This document shows positions 38,550 to 50,552 of a DNA stretch of 64,000 nucleotides, piece by piece. How positions within the stretch are numbered: the first letter of the stretch is position 1; each line of letters begins with the position of its first letter. The notes beneath the pieces are model-generated. The model saw only the letters and a list, made by a program, of their open reading frames with translations, was not told where the DNA came from and ran no database searches. This DNA is from Phoronis australis (Eukaryota > Animalia > Phoronida): assembly GCA_002633005.1 (NCBI GenBank), contig NMRA01000290.1, positions 60,676 through 124,675 of the forward strand, written 5' to 3'. A program made the position numbers and the translations under genes.

Positions 38550-38694
38550 CTCAAGGTGATGACTTCTCCTGGTACTTTGGCTGTTATTGTCCATTCATAG
38601 CATGCTCCCAGGGGATAGGGCAGGGGGTAGTTGTGACTCGTGATAATACCGCGTGAGGCGGCGCCCCCTCGCCGTTCTATGAAACAGTTATCTC
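38550..38694 (-). CDS. LRP12: LRP12-like exon 3, N-terminal half of CUB domain 1
   Basis: C..RGIITSHNYPLPYPLGACYEWTITAKVPGEVITL; cag/gtgcgt, phase 1-2, matching exon 4. Confidence 0.9.
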
Positions 38695-39052
38695 CTGAAA
38701 CAATCCAGATATTGATAGCGTATCATTTTAGTTATGAACGACAAACCATGTCATAGTCCATATAGAACAAAATGCCTGTTCATTTCAGACAAAAAATATG
38801 AGTTAGTTGACAATTTATGACAAATACCGTATTCAACATGGGCCGAGTCCTGTAGATCGTAAGATATTAGCTTACACTTGCTGTGAAAAATCTTTGCTCA
38901 TGGAACAGAAACAGTGAATTCAATCCCACAATGCAACACTCCAATCTCGCCGACCAATCACTTAATCAGTTGCCAACATTTTGCCACGAAAGGATAGTAA
39001 GCTCCCAGGCATACTCGCATGATTTTGGTTTTCTAGGTCTATGGAATGCTCT

Positions 39053-39170
39053 CCAGGGTCAAGTTCAATAACTGTTTTGTGTACAGAAAAATGTATCCAA
39101 AAGTATGTACAATCATTCAAAACATATAGCGATATTTAACATGAAACTAGCGTTATACAACTTGACCCTG
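39053..39170. mobile_element. Small MITE-like inverted repeat
   Basis: CCAGGGTCAAGTT..ATAAC / GTTAT..AACTTGACCCTGG. Confidence 0.45.
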
Positions 39171-40095
39171 GTCTCAACTTTTCCCGTACTCAAGTGAGTT
39201 CTTGCTTTAAAAGAATTGGTTTTATGTGACACAGTGTTTGCCACATGAAATAACTGTGTAAAGCCTCCTTGTGAAGATATTGCCTTTCACATAAGAAACT
39301 AGGTCCACGGAGCACTCTATAATTTAGCATCCAGGTGTCCACTTCATATTTTGACAAAATTAAAATCAGGTGGTGGGAGTCAGGTCAAATATGGTAGTTT
39401 GGCAGCAAACTTTTTTTGAAAGTCAGGGTTAAGAGCTTTACCAGAACTGCCAATTGGGACTACTCACCATGTACGTGCAAAACCACTAATGTGCACGGGT
39501 TAAATAAAATCATTAACATTGCAGACAATGTGCTGCTTCTTAGCTAGAGGTGAGTAAATTGTATGCAGTTTCAGGATGGAAATGAGCAAAGATATCGCGC
39601 TTTAAGAAAAAAGTAAACTGCACAAATTACAGATAAGCATTTGAGTAAAGGCATTCAAGGTAAGAAAACTGAAAATTTGGAAATTAGGGGCTGGCATAAC
39701 AGAACGAGGACATCAACCTCGACAAATATGGTACTGAGTTAAGCCAGACAGCAGATAATTCTTTGAAAACAAAAAAAAATGAATTTATGAAACTGACCGT
39801 AATCTTTTCAGTCGGATAAATGTTCAGACTGTATCTAAGAAACATTTCAGAATGCAAAACTAACCCATATCCTTGAAACACTTCCCTAAAGAGCCTTAAG
39901 ATGCACATAAATTTGCCTTAAGACATGTAAGCCTGAAAATTATGAGGGTAAAGACTTATCACTTCCAAATAAGCCACTGAAAGGACAATTAGCCATCTAA
40001 ATGGTCACTACCTCTACTGCCCAACTAAACTGCAAATTACTTGAAGGTATTTGCCCCCTCCTCCATACACACTGCTGGGGGATTAATATTCTTAC

Positions 40096-40146
40096 CAGAG
40101 TAGGATTCCGGCTTCGTTGATTTCCCATAGATGAAGTCAGCTAATA
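40096..40146 (-). CDS. LRP12: LRP12-like exon 2 (end of signal peptide and linker)
   Basis: tttatttcag|TATTAGCT...TCTG|gtaag, 51 nt, phase 1-1, encoding VLADFIYGKSTKPESYS. Confidence 0.7.
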
Positions 40147-40208
40147 CTGAAATAAAGGTGAAACACATAAGCACTGAATTACATGAAGACAAATACCAAT
40201 TCTATATA

Positions 40209-40655
40209 CCGTATTCGCCATAATAAGCGCCCCCTCACGCGTTTTCAGACTTTCCTAAAAGAAGCGCCTAGTCTATGAATGCCGAGTACATGCAAAAAAA
40301 TGCCTTACCTACAGTTCTAAAATTTTACAGTAACATCTTCAATTTATCAATAAGGTCCGACAGTCCTGAAAAAAATCACTGTGCGCGGAATTTGTAGACG
40401 ACGAGCCTCGCTGCTATGTCTGTATTTAGCCGTGACTATACACTTCAAACTTCCGCCATGCTTCAAAAAGAACGCAAAACTTTTGCTGATCTTGCGAGGG
40501 ATATGTCCTAATGGTCTGGCCTTTCAGAACAGACACAGCGTACTTATCAAAAGGATTGTATTGTATCTTTCCCGTACAGTTCTCCCTCAACAAGAATCAA
40601 AATTTCTTTGTTTTATGTGAAAACCGTAAATAAAAGACTAATAAAAACTTGACAA
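40209..40655 (-). mobile_element. One-ended copy of the TA-flanked DNA transposon family with a decayed HIRAN-like ORF
   Basis: ta|CCGTATTCGCCATAATAAGCGCCC terminus. It is the reverse complement of 45385-45569 plus 46160-46467. The minus strand encodes YNPFDKYAVSVLKGQTI/GHIPRKISKSFAFFLKHGGSLKCIVT..LQIP. Confidence 0.75.
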
Positions 40656-40818
40656 CAACAACTGAAAAGCACTCAGCTCCAGCCAACTTATCATCATCTG
40701 CCGATCATTCCATTCAACATAGCAGTATCCCAAATGGGAGAATAGTGTGAGCAGCAATTTGACGATAAAGTAGGCCTAAAAAGGAAACGGGTAGCTGACA
40801 TTTTCTTGCATGTATAAA

Positions 40819-41524
40819 CCACAGGGGTCCTCAGCTTCTGATGGTCCCCAATACAATACACTATTATATACTACAAGGTATGACACTCTGGACTAGAAAT
40901 TCCACGGGTGCTTCACTTCAGCCGCCCATAACAAACATAAAACTCAATAAATTTTCACAAAACAGAGGTTCAACAAATCATGAAGAATTTTTCTTTCTCC
41001 CTCAACCATTTATGGTGTCCTGCTCCACCGAGTTCGCAAGAAATTCGCGGTCAAAGCATATAAATCTTCCCAAAAAGCTCATCCTGAGCAACTCCTTCGT
41101 CCCACACGCAGGGTACGGAATTATCAGATGAGTTACGGATGAACGGCAATTGCCGAGTTATCGATGTCGTGACTTTCCGTGATGAATCGGCAATTGCCGT
41201 ACATCCGTAACTCATCGGATAATTCTGAACCGTGCGTGTGGGACCAAGGAGTTGCTCCGGACGAGCTTCTTGGGAAGATTTTTGTGCTTTGACCGAGAAT
41301 TTCTTGCAAACTCGGTGGAGCAGGACACCGTAAATGGCATTGGGAGAAAGAACAATTCTTCATGGTTTGCTGAACCTCTGTTTTGTGTAAATATATTGAG
41401 TTTTATGTTTGCTATGGACAGCTGAAGTGAAGCACCCATGGAATTTCCAGTCCGGAGTGTCATACCTTGTAGTATAACTAAGCGTATTGGGGACGATCAT
41501 AAGCTGAGGTGAGGACGCCTGTGG
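40819..41524. mobile_element. About 700-bp foldback element (two arms of about 340 bp, short loop) in LRP12-like intron 1
   Basis: 40819-41156 is the diverged reverse complement of 41187-41524 (the mirror ORFs 40841+ and 41212- confirm this). Ends are CCACAGG/CCTGTGG with TATAAA on both sides. Confidence 0.85.
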
Positions 41525-41680
41525 TATAAACTACTATGCGGGGAATCGAACAATACCAAAATTATGTGCGTAGGTCAATGTCGTCATATTGTAAACAATT
41601 ACCGAGGTATAAGTTAAAAAGATCGAGAGAAGCTCCCGTGCCAACGGCCCAATCATTCACTCAACGTACTTCGAACTCAC

Positions 41681-41744
41681 CTGCAACAAATATACCAAAC
41701 AGGTAAACATTCCACTTAGGGAAATAAAAAATGCCAAAAGTCAT
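41681..41744 (-). CDS. LRP12: LRP12-like exon 1, signal peptide MTFGIFYFPKWNVYLFGIFVA
   Basis: gcgATG with an in-frame upstream stop, hydrophobic N-terminus and donor G|gtgagt in phase 1. The joined model is 2286 nt, 761 aa. Confidence 0.72.
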
Positions 41745-42092
41745 CGCGGTGTTCTCGGCTTGGAAGCATAACAGATAGAGACACAATCACAAATTATTAA
41801 CTACCATCTTTCTGTTGAACTTGAAATTCACATTAAACGGAATTCCGTAGCGCCAGTGATTAACACACATGACTTTTGTCACAACTGGTCACCACACCAC
41901 AAATAAATCCTCCATCTTAAAGCCTCGTTTTCAATGATGACGTAAACACGTTCGTGTTTTGTGTGGGTGCGCGCGCATGCAGGAATTCCCACTTTCTTGG
42001 AAATCATTTAAAAGTTGCGCCACGAGTTTCTTCTGAGAAAGAAGTTTTACTCCTGCTTCTGTTGTGAACCAGTGATCATCAATATATTTCAG
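41745..42092. promoter_or_regulatory. Putative bidirectional promoter between the LRP12-like and NO VEIN-like genes
   Basis: CRE-like TGACGTAA (41938), NRF1-like TGCGCGCGCATGCA (41968) and YY1-like CCATCTT. A plus-strand donor cag|gtatgc at 42093 suggests a non-coding first exon. Confidence 0.45.
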
Positions 42093-45000
42093 GTATGCAC
42101 TGCATTTTTTAAGTGAAATACTAATGTAATTTGCACTGGATTAGGTGGTCATGTTTAGGATACATTTTCGATGCTGTTCAGCACGTCGTGGACAGTATCC
42201 CAGGCCAGTATCCTGGAGCAGGTAGAGACGGTGGCCATCCCATAGACCCCCATACGCATCAGAAGCTTTTCGCCGAATTATCCCTTTTCGAACACTGGAA
42301 CAGTCCTTCATTCAGTTGGCCATTTTTACACTGCTCGCACTAGGGTAAATGGTCGTCACACCCCCTGTCTCGTTCTATTATTCGGAACTCCACAGTGTGA
42401 TGGATAACTTTTCACTCAATTAAGGAATGCAATGAAAAATTAGCCAAAATAGTGCTTTAGGTTTCGGTTGTGTCACTTGTGTGACCATGCATACACTTTA
42501 CAGTACCCATTGTCAAGTAGTTCTATTTGGTTTTATTAAATTTTTGAGCCATTGTAGATAATTGGCCTGCAAGCCATGAGACCTGAGCGCTAATGTTTAA
42601 CAATTGGTTGGATGTCTGAATTTTGCCTTGATTTGGAAACCGTTGTCATAAAGTTGATACCTAATTTTAGGTTTGTGTATAATGTGTTCATTGGCTTTAG
42701 TTTGAACAACCATATTTCACTTGTAAACATTTTTAGTCTGCACTGTCAGCACTCTATATAATTGCTACATCACGGGAGCTAAGTAATATATGTTTGATTT
42801 CATGGGATTAACTGAAAACATCTGCACGATTAGCAGGTCCTATGTTCGTGTCCCAGCAGCTGTGCCAGAAATATTTTCAGACTTATCTTCATTAGGTCAC
42901 ATGATATGGCCAACAGATGACGTATGCTGCTCAACCAGTCAAATTTGCAATCTATATATTTCCAAGCTGCTTCAATAATATACATATCCATAAACTGTAT
43001 TTAACGTTTAACAAATGCTTGAAACGAAGATCCAACATTCATTCTATTACCAAGTCTTAATTTTTGTACGTTCTGGAAAAGTTTGCTTCGAGTTTGTACA
43101 AGATATGACAGACTATCTTTGGATGGATGATCTGACCGCTCAAGAAAATGAAAATGGGATTAATGGGGTAATAGTCTCCACGTTGTCTGTTTTGTTATTT
43201 AACCATTCTGATTTGTAATTCTGAATTTCTCTTTGTTTTCTGCCATCACATTAGCTCCTAACATTTATTAGCTTTTAGAAGCTTGACCTGAGGGACGTTT
43301 AGTCATGCCTAGCATAGGAGAATCACGAAGCCATTGTGTACCAAGATAAGAGAGGTCACCAAAAGTTACATTTCTATTTGTGCATACCGTACATCAAATT
43401 ATTGGATAAGTCTCTTTTGTTATCAGGACTTTGAAAGCAGTGCTAAAGGTTGATTGTTATGAGGTTTCCTTGAAATCAATAGTTATGTTATGAGCGCTTA
43501 ATATTTTCTCAGATACGCAAAAGTATATCTTTCTTTTCCAAGAAATGTCATGTCATCACAAACTTAGACTTTGTCATATTGCCCATTGTTGAATTTGTAC
43601 AAATTGATTGAGAAACCACCCTGTGTGGAAATTATATTTCTAAGAAAATCTTTTATGACATATTTGCTGGTTATGAAGTGCAGTGTTAAGCACTGAAGTC
43701 CAACATTGGCATTTAGCCACTGTATCTCCTGAAACGCTGGCATGATCTTCATAAAATTTTAATGGCAAATGTGTTTCTATGACGACAGATGTTTGTGATT
43801 TTCAGGTGCATCAAACTGGTGCAGTTATGGATTTTAAAAGTTCAGGCCCAGGGTTTCGGGCCACCTGGTCACCAACAAAAGTAGATAAGATGACATAGAA
43901 ATAAATTTTGACATTTATTATGTCGCGATTAATTGTTGACTTGTACTGTATGTGGGTCTGTAGAGGGGGGCAGGAACAGGTATCAAAGAAATGAAAAATG
44001 TTGGTCATTCCCTCATGATGCTAGTAACCTACGCCTCTTTGTTGTGCGACCCCTAGTAGACATTTTATTTTTTTACATCAGCCTTTTGTCTCTGGATTAC
44101 GAAATTCGGCAAGTATGTTTCCAGTGAAATGATGACAACATCCATGCCCCTTACTGATCAGTTTTATCATTTTTGATTATTGGTGGAGCTGCTCAAAGCA
44201 TCAGTATGAAATTTGATAAGGTTGAATTTGTATTGAAAAGAGCCTTGTTGAGATTGATTTTCTACAAGTGGGATTGCAAAATTGTGGCGCCCCTGATTGG
44301 AAATTTTGTTTTTTTCTGCCATATAGTGTCCTAGATGAATAAAATTTCTTGTACCATATTCGCCCTAATAAGCGCCCAGGGCGCTTAGAAAAATTCGCTT
44401 GAGGAAGGGGGGGGGGCGCTTATTGTAGCCCAAAGTGGTTGAAACCTGGTCTCCGAACCATGTGAAATCGTAAGCTAGAATTCATCAACTTAACGCTCTG
44501 TGACGCATCTGTAACCTGTGACAGAGTTTCTACAAAATCCCAGTGCATTGCTATCAAACTGTGTTGTTAAATTATGAGCATTTTTCAGAAAATCCCAGTG
44601 CGAAAACTCGCTGACTGATGCGTTGCTGCCTCGCAGTTGCCAATAGGTCAACTTGAATTCTTGAGTAAAAATATAGTTTCGACTCAACAAATTACCTGAA
44701 GTCCTCCTTAAGTTTTCAAAATATTGTCCCTTACATTTTTAAGTTCCTGTGGAGTCTGGATTAACTGCATATTAAGTCCAAATCTGCGCTAGATCATACT
44801 CCGCAACACGAGAAAAATCTCTGGAGGAACACATATGTTAATTGTCACGTAATGGTTGTTTTGAAGTTCGTCTGCGAGTGAGAGAGCACGTATGCATGTC
44901 ATCAGTTCATTTGCCAGAGTAAATGCAATGTAACGATCTAGGTATGCAACTAAGGAAATTAACATTGGCAGTAAAGCAGAACGTGTTTTATTTAGCACTT

Positions 45001-45384
45001 GTTGATCTCATCTGCTAAAAAACTTTCGTGAATTGTCTCGGTTAGGCCGATATTGAGTCGCCATGTGACTGGATGTTTGACAGTCTAACAGTTATTTTTT
45101 GGGAGATTCAGGATGTGTAATGGGTGCGGAAGTGTTGACTATCAGCGGCTCATTTTGACTTTAAAAACACCATTTACAATTAATTTAATAATTCCTCCGA
45201 AAAATAATGCAAATGTTACAGTATTTGAAACTTTCGGAAATATTAGTACCAGTATTTATTTCTTGCCAAAGTTATGCGACCAGTACCCGTTTCATAAACA
45301 GATGTATTGTTTCCGAAGACTAATCTTCGATGACAGGTATTTGTATGTAGCTCACGCTTCCTTGCCACGTGCTTTTAACAAAGG

Positions 45385-45930
45385 TCAAGTTTTTATTTAT
45401 AAGTCTTCGATTCACGGTTTCTACGTAAAAATATGTATACAAATAAATTTGGATTCCTGTGGAGGGAAAAAATCTGTTAGGGAAAGATACAATTGACATT
45501 CCCTTTGACAAGTACGCTGCGTCTGTTCTGAAAGGCCAGACCATAATAGGACACGTCCCTCACAAGATCCATGCGTGCACCCAGCCTTCAATATGGGGGG
45601 GGCTCGAATTCCTACGATGTGGACATTTTGGTAACAAAAAAGCGGGCGGACTAAAAAAAAATCGGGCGCACCCCCGTGAATTGCGCGTTTGTGCTTGTTT
45701 TGTGGACTTATGTCTCACTTTTAGTTTCTCAGAGGCGGACCTTTTTGCCCACTTTGCCAAATGGGGGGCTGACATTCGAGCCCCCCTGGGTGCGCGCATG
45801 AGGTCAGCAAAACTTTTACGTTCTTTTGGAAGCATGGCAGAAGTTTGAAGTGCGTGTATAGTCAGGGCTAAATACCAACATAGCGGCGAGGCTCGTGGTC
45901 TACAAATTCCGCACATTGATTTTTCAGGCC
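45385..45930 (+). pseudogene. Frameshifted HIRAN-like domain remnant inside the transposon
   Basis: Pieces SSIHGFYV / IWIPVEGKNL / VRERYN / PFDKYAASVLKGQTIIGHVPHKI / (MITE) / SKTFTFFWKHG..GLQIP follow the HIRAN pattern G.....RE..NPyD.nAv.V....GyvP. Confidence 0.6.
45570..45800. mobile_element. Nested MITE interrupting the HIRAN-like remnant
   Basis: TIR CATGCGTGCACCCAG / CTGGGTGCGCGCATG, TSD agatc/aggtc. The empty site (CAAGATCAGC) is visible in the 40209-40655 copy. Confidence 0.8.
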
Positions 45931-46894
45931 TGTCAGCTGATCATCTTATTGATAAATTGAAGATGTTACTGTAGAATTTTAAAACTGTAGNACAAAAAAG
46001 CGGGCGGACTAAAAAAAAACGGGCGCACCCCCGTGAATTGCGCGTTTGTGCTTGTTTTGTGGACTTTTGTCTCACTTTTAGTTTCTCAGAGGCGGACCTT
46101 TTTGCCCACTTTGCCAAATGGGGGGCTGACATTCGAGCCCCCCTGGGTGCGTGCATGAGGTCAGCAAAACTTTTACGTTCTTTCGGAAGCACGGCAGAAG
46201 TTTGAAGTGCGTGTATAGTCACGGCTAAATACCAACATAGCGGCGAGGCTCGTGGTCTACAAACTCCGCACACAGTGATTTTTCAGACCTGTCAGCTGAT
46301 CATCTTATTGTTAAATTGAAGATGTTACTGTAGAATTTTAAAACTGTAGGTAAGGCATTTTTTGCATGTACATAGCTTCGATCATGGACTGGGCACTTAT
46401 TTTAGCAAAGTCTGAAAACGCTTGGGGGCGCTTATAGGGGCATGGGCGCTTATTAGGGTGAATGCGGTATATGTTTCCATTATGTAGTGCACCTCTGATG
46501 CTGACTTTGGGACGAGTCCGACCACTGTGGCACCCTCTAGTAACAATTAAGGTTTTCTTTGTGTTTGCATCTATCTTCCAAATAATGAAGTTCCTCTATA
46601 GATCTTCATAAAATTGGACAAATAACTTTTTTATGAGGGCCGGGATTACAGCAGCTGTTTTGTTTTGGATGGGTGCATCCTATTCCCCAACACCTTGCAA
46701 TTTTTATACACCAACATATATGCGTGTATGGGCCAGTGCACATTGCCATCATCTCTGTACAGATGTCCTGCATCTGCGTTATTTTGTATCTATAAGTTCT
46801 AAACTCAGTGCAGAATCTTAATGAGATTTGGAAGATGTGTTTGTATGAAGCTGATGAGGGATGAGCACGATCGAGTTTTGGGCTGATCCTACTA

Positions 46895-47459
46895 CTCGCT
46901 GGTTCCCTGCGTGCCGCTAGGTGGTAGCCAGCAGGCAGGTCTCACTTAATTTTTCTCAGGAAATTTTTTATACTGGCGTTTCTGATTGGCTGGTTGAATT
47001 TTCAACAGGCAGTGCTTTACGCAAACAAACTGGCATGATGGAGTAAGTGTAAAATGTGGTCTGTTGTACAGACAAATCTGGTGCTTAAAATTTATGTTCA
47101 AGAAATGTGAATCCTAGAAAATTGTGGTTGCGCCTTTTCAGAGTGTATCTTTCACTAACTTTTGTTTACGTTGCTGTACTGTACTCATACATTATGAGTA
47201 ATAGACTAGTTAAATCGGCCAGATGATGGCATGTTTATTGGGCTTCAAGTACGTGGCTATTAAACAATACTGCAGAAACGAAAAAGTTGCTGCTATAGCA
47301 CATGACAAAGGCTAAAAATCGTTCATAGTCCGATATTTTCTCACTTTGTTGTAAAGCTAACCGATGACTGCCAAGGTCATATGATAAAGCATGTGCTACT
47401 GCCTGCTGTCGGCGTGCTGGCCATGCAGCTGACCTAGCGGCATGCAGGGAATCAGGGAG
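46895..47459. mobile_element. Mutator-like non-autonomous element with a 9-bp TSD
   Basis: TIR CTCGCTGGTTCCCTGCGTGCCGCTAGG / CCTAGCGGCATGCAGGGAATCAGGGAG. Flanks are ATCCTACTA (46886-46894) and ATCCTACTG (47460-47468). Confidence 0.8.
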
Positions 47460-48405
47460 ATCCTACTGTGCCCTCTAGTGGCAATTGTGGTGTAATTTTA
47501 CATTTGCACAGAGCTTCCTCTGCCTGTCTTTCCACCAAACCGCTCAACAAATCATAAAATTTGTCAAATTGTATTCCTACTGACAAAACCAAAATTGCTG
47601 CTGATGTTTGAATGGTTGCAGCAGTTACATCTCCTAGGATGCTTCTAGGATCTTTGTTAAATTTGGCTAATACGCTTCTATGAATGGGGCAGCGTATGAT
47701 GACTTCAGCTCACTGCCTTGTGGCAAAAATGATTTCACCTTGAGGGAATTTTTTTATCATTAAGAGTCAGAACATTTGAGGTTGCTGAAGGGAATTATAT
47801 GCATGATTTTGAAATATTTATGGGGATGGGGCCTAATGTAAAAGGTCTTAAATTTTTATAAATTTTTCTGCTTCAGAATCTCAAGTCTTGTTGTTTTATT
47901 GAAGGAGAGACTGTAATATACATGCAGCCATCTCTAACTGGTGATGAACTGTTAAAATTAGATGTATTTGAAGGACTTTAAATCGCGCATGCAACGGTAT
48001 GCCATTTGATGTTGAGTATTGGATGTGACATAGGTCTAGTGACTCTCAAGGAATACTTTAGTTTGCCTTACAATTTGCATTAGATGTTTCATGTTAAAAG
48101 GGACATCATCTGTATAAGAAAAATGAAATGTCTGAGACCTGCCATAGCAAGCCTGCATGCAAGCTAACACTGCGGGCCAGGAGCGCAGATCATATTTTAC
48201 TGATCATGTCACCACTTTTGATTTCACGATTTCTTTAGCATGAGATAGATTAATTTAACGGAGAATTAAAGTCCGATCCATAGAACAATGGATTTTGATC
48301 TTACAGTAATCCCAAAATGTGTTTTTTGGTCTAAAATTAACGTTCCTTTAATAAAATAACAAATTTTAATGCAATGGTAAATATATATAATTTATACTTT
48401 CAGAA

Positions 48406-48711
48406 ATGGTTAAAAAGAAAAAAAGTACAGCAACTGCTGGCTTGAAGCCTATACCTAATGTGTGGAAGAATGATGTCCCCGAACCATCACCACTCATAAA
48501 TCCTGGCCGTTCTACACCTCCTGTGACAACTGCCATGGCAACACTTGATGGGCATCTCCCTGTTCAGCCTGGGATGCCTACTTCTGCTGAGAAAAGTGAT
48601 GCGCAAACAATGCCATCATTGGTGAATGACAGTGGTGCCAACATTACACCTGCATCAACAGCGACTATATCTGAATACTTTTCACATCCTGCTGGAGGCG
48701 TTACAGTCAAT
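48406..48711 (+). other. Truncated duplicate of the first coding exon of the NO VEIN-like gene (probable second haplotype)
   Basis: 48109-48711 is repeated at 48713-49315 across a single n. It encodes the same peptide with 5 substitutions. Confidence 0.75.
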
Positions 48712-49009
48712 NTCTGTATAAGAAAAATGAAATGTCTGAGACCTGCCATAGCAAGCCTGCATGCAAGCTAACACTGCGGGCCAGGAGCTCAGATCATACT
48801 TTACTGATCATGTCACCACTTTTGATTTCACGATTTCTTTAGCATGAGATAGATTAATTTAACGGAGAATTAAAGTCCGATCCATAGATCAATGGATTTT
48901 GATCTTACAGTAATCCCAAAATGTGTTTTTTGGTCTAAAATTAACGTTCCTTTAATAAAATAACAAATTTTAATGCAATGGTAAATATATATGATTTATA
49001 CTTTCAGAA

Positions 49010-49421
49010 ATGGGTAAAAAGAAAAAAAGTACAGCAACTGCTGGCTTGAAGCCTATACCTAATGTGTGGAAGAATGATGTCCCCGAACCATCACCACTTG
49101 TAAATCCTGGCTGTTCTACACCTCCTGTGACAACTGCCATGGCAACACTTGATGGGCATCTCCCTGTTCAGCTTGGGATGCCTACTTCTGCTGAGAAAAG
49201 TGATGCGCAAACAATGCCGTCATTGGTGAATGACAGTAGTGCCAACATTACACCTGCATCAACAGCGACTATATCTGAATACTTTTCACATCCTGCTGGA
49301 GGCGTTACAGTCAATGGTGGACAAATTGCAGCTGTGCCAATGATGTCCAACATGATGTATGGTGTACCATACACGCCACAGTATATGATTCCACCCCATC
49401 AGCCAGTGATACCTGACTATG
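49010..49421 (+). CDS. NO VEIN-like protein, first identifiable coding exon (low-complexity P/T/S-rich)
   Basis: tttcag|aaATG and donor G|gtaggt in phase 1, compatible with the exon at 53968. Confidence 0.7.
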
Positions 49422-49845
49422 GTAGGTTTAATTAGGATTTGTTTAAAGTTTTTGTCGTCAGTATCTGATTTCGATATGAGATTTCTCTATTAATTTCACA
49501 TGTCATTTTTAGTGGCTGCATGATTACCTTTTTGCAAATTATAGTGGAAAGTTAATTAACCATTAAAGGCTGTTTTATGACATCCACTAAACATTGCAAA
49601 CAATCCTTGTAATAGTTCTTGTTCTACAGCACTGTTGTATAGTAGTTAACTGAATACCAGTTGAAATACTGTAAGTTGAACACCAGTTGAAATACAGTTG
49701 CACCAAGAACAGTGTTGCTAACTAATTTGCTAACTTCAGTTGCTGGTTGAAATTCTGTGTATCATTTTGGTGAGGGTCACTTTTGTGGAGAAATTTAGCA
49801 AAACAGAATTTCTCATGTCTGACATATTATGCGATAAATGCATAT

Positions 49846-50551
49846 TATACCACAATATTAGCCTCGAGTGGCAGATACAACGGTGTAATAACCCATTACG
49901 TTATCTCACTATTGTGATATAACATTTTGGCGGGAAACCGAGGCCGGATTCGAACCGGAGCCTCAAAAGTTTCGAGTCGCCGAGTTTACCACTACACCAC
50001 TCAGCGACTGACGTCATCGAACGTGAAAATAGAATACTTAAATGAGCACGCGCAACAATCGCATGTTCAGCAAAGGGCATTGCACCGACATTTATACCCT
50101 ATGAAAAATAAGACGCAAAATTTCCATAAAACGATATTTTAATTCAGTGAAATTTTTCTCTCGTGTTCTCTCAATTGTAAATCACTGATCTTCAATTTGA
50201 ATGCGGGTATTGTGTCGTCGGGATCCTTTGACTTGAGCATTATAGTCAGTTACTATTGGTAACCTACTTTAGCACACAATATTTTCCCGGTCAAAGCTTA
50301 GCGTGATAAAATGTGTAGTAAGCTATAATAGTTGCTAAACCTTAATTTATATATTCACTTTATTTCTATTTTGTTTAAATTTTCAATTGGTTTTGAGTAT
50401 AAGCATTATTTGACAAAAATAGCTCGGCTTTTCTTAAAAGGTCACGACCTCCGACCCCAGGCCTCTGACATAGAAAGTAGTTACAAAGCTGAGGCGAGTC
50501 GAGAAAGGTAGATCTATTCATTGCAATGTTTCTCGTTCAGTATGTGGTATA
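49846..50551. mobile_element. Element with TATACCACA/TGTGGTATA ends enclosing a tRNA-like sequence
   Basis: 9-bp inverted termini. On the minus strand, 49937-50005 has A box TGGTGTAGTGG, B box GGTTCGAATCC, a perfect T-arm and a partial acceptor stem. Confidence 0.45.
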
Positions 50552-50552
50552 A

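Larger units (their letters stand above)
44354..46467 (+). mobile_element. Non-autonomous Tc1/mariner-pogo-type DNA transposon (TA TSD) with a decayed HIRAN-like ORF
   Basis: ta|CCATATTCGCCCTAATAAGCGCCC ... GGGCGCTTATTAGGGTGAATGCGG|ta. Its length is inflated by a 357-bp duplication across the n at 45991 and by a nested MITE. Confidence 0.8.

Noticed and set aside
45560-46273. Twin minus-strand ORFs of 118 and 110 aa
   Set aside because: They span a nested MITE and an n-joined duplicate, antisense to the HIRAN-like remnant.
49937-50005. Functional tRNA-Ser(CGA) gene
   Set aside because: The anticodon stem does not pair, there is no long variable arm, and it is embedded in a repeat.
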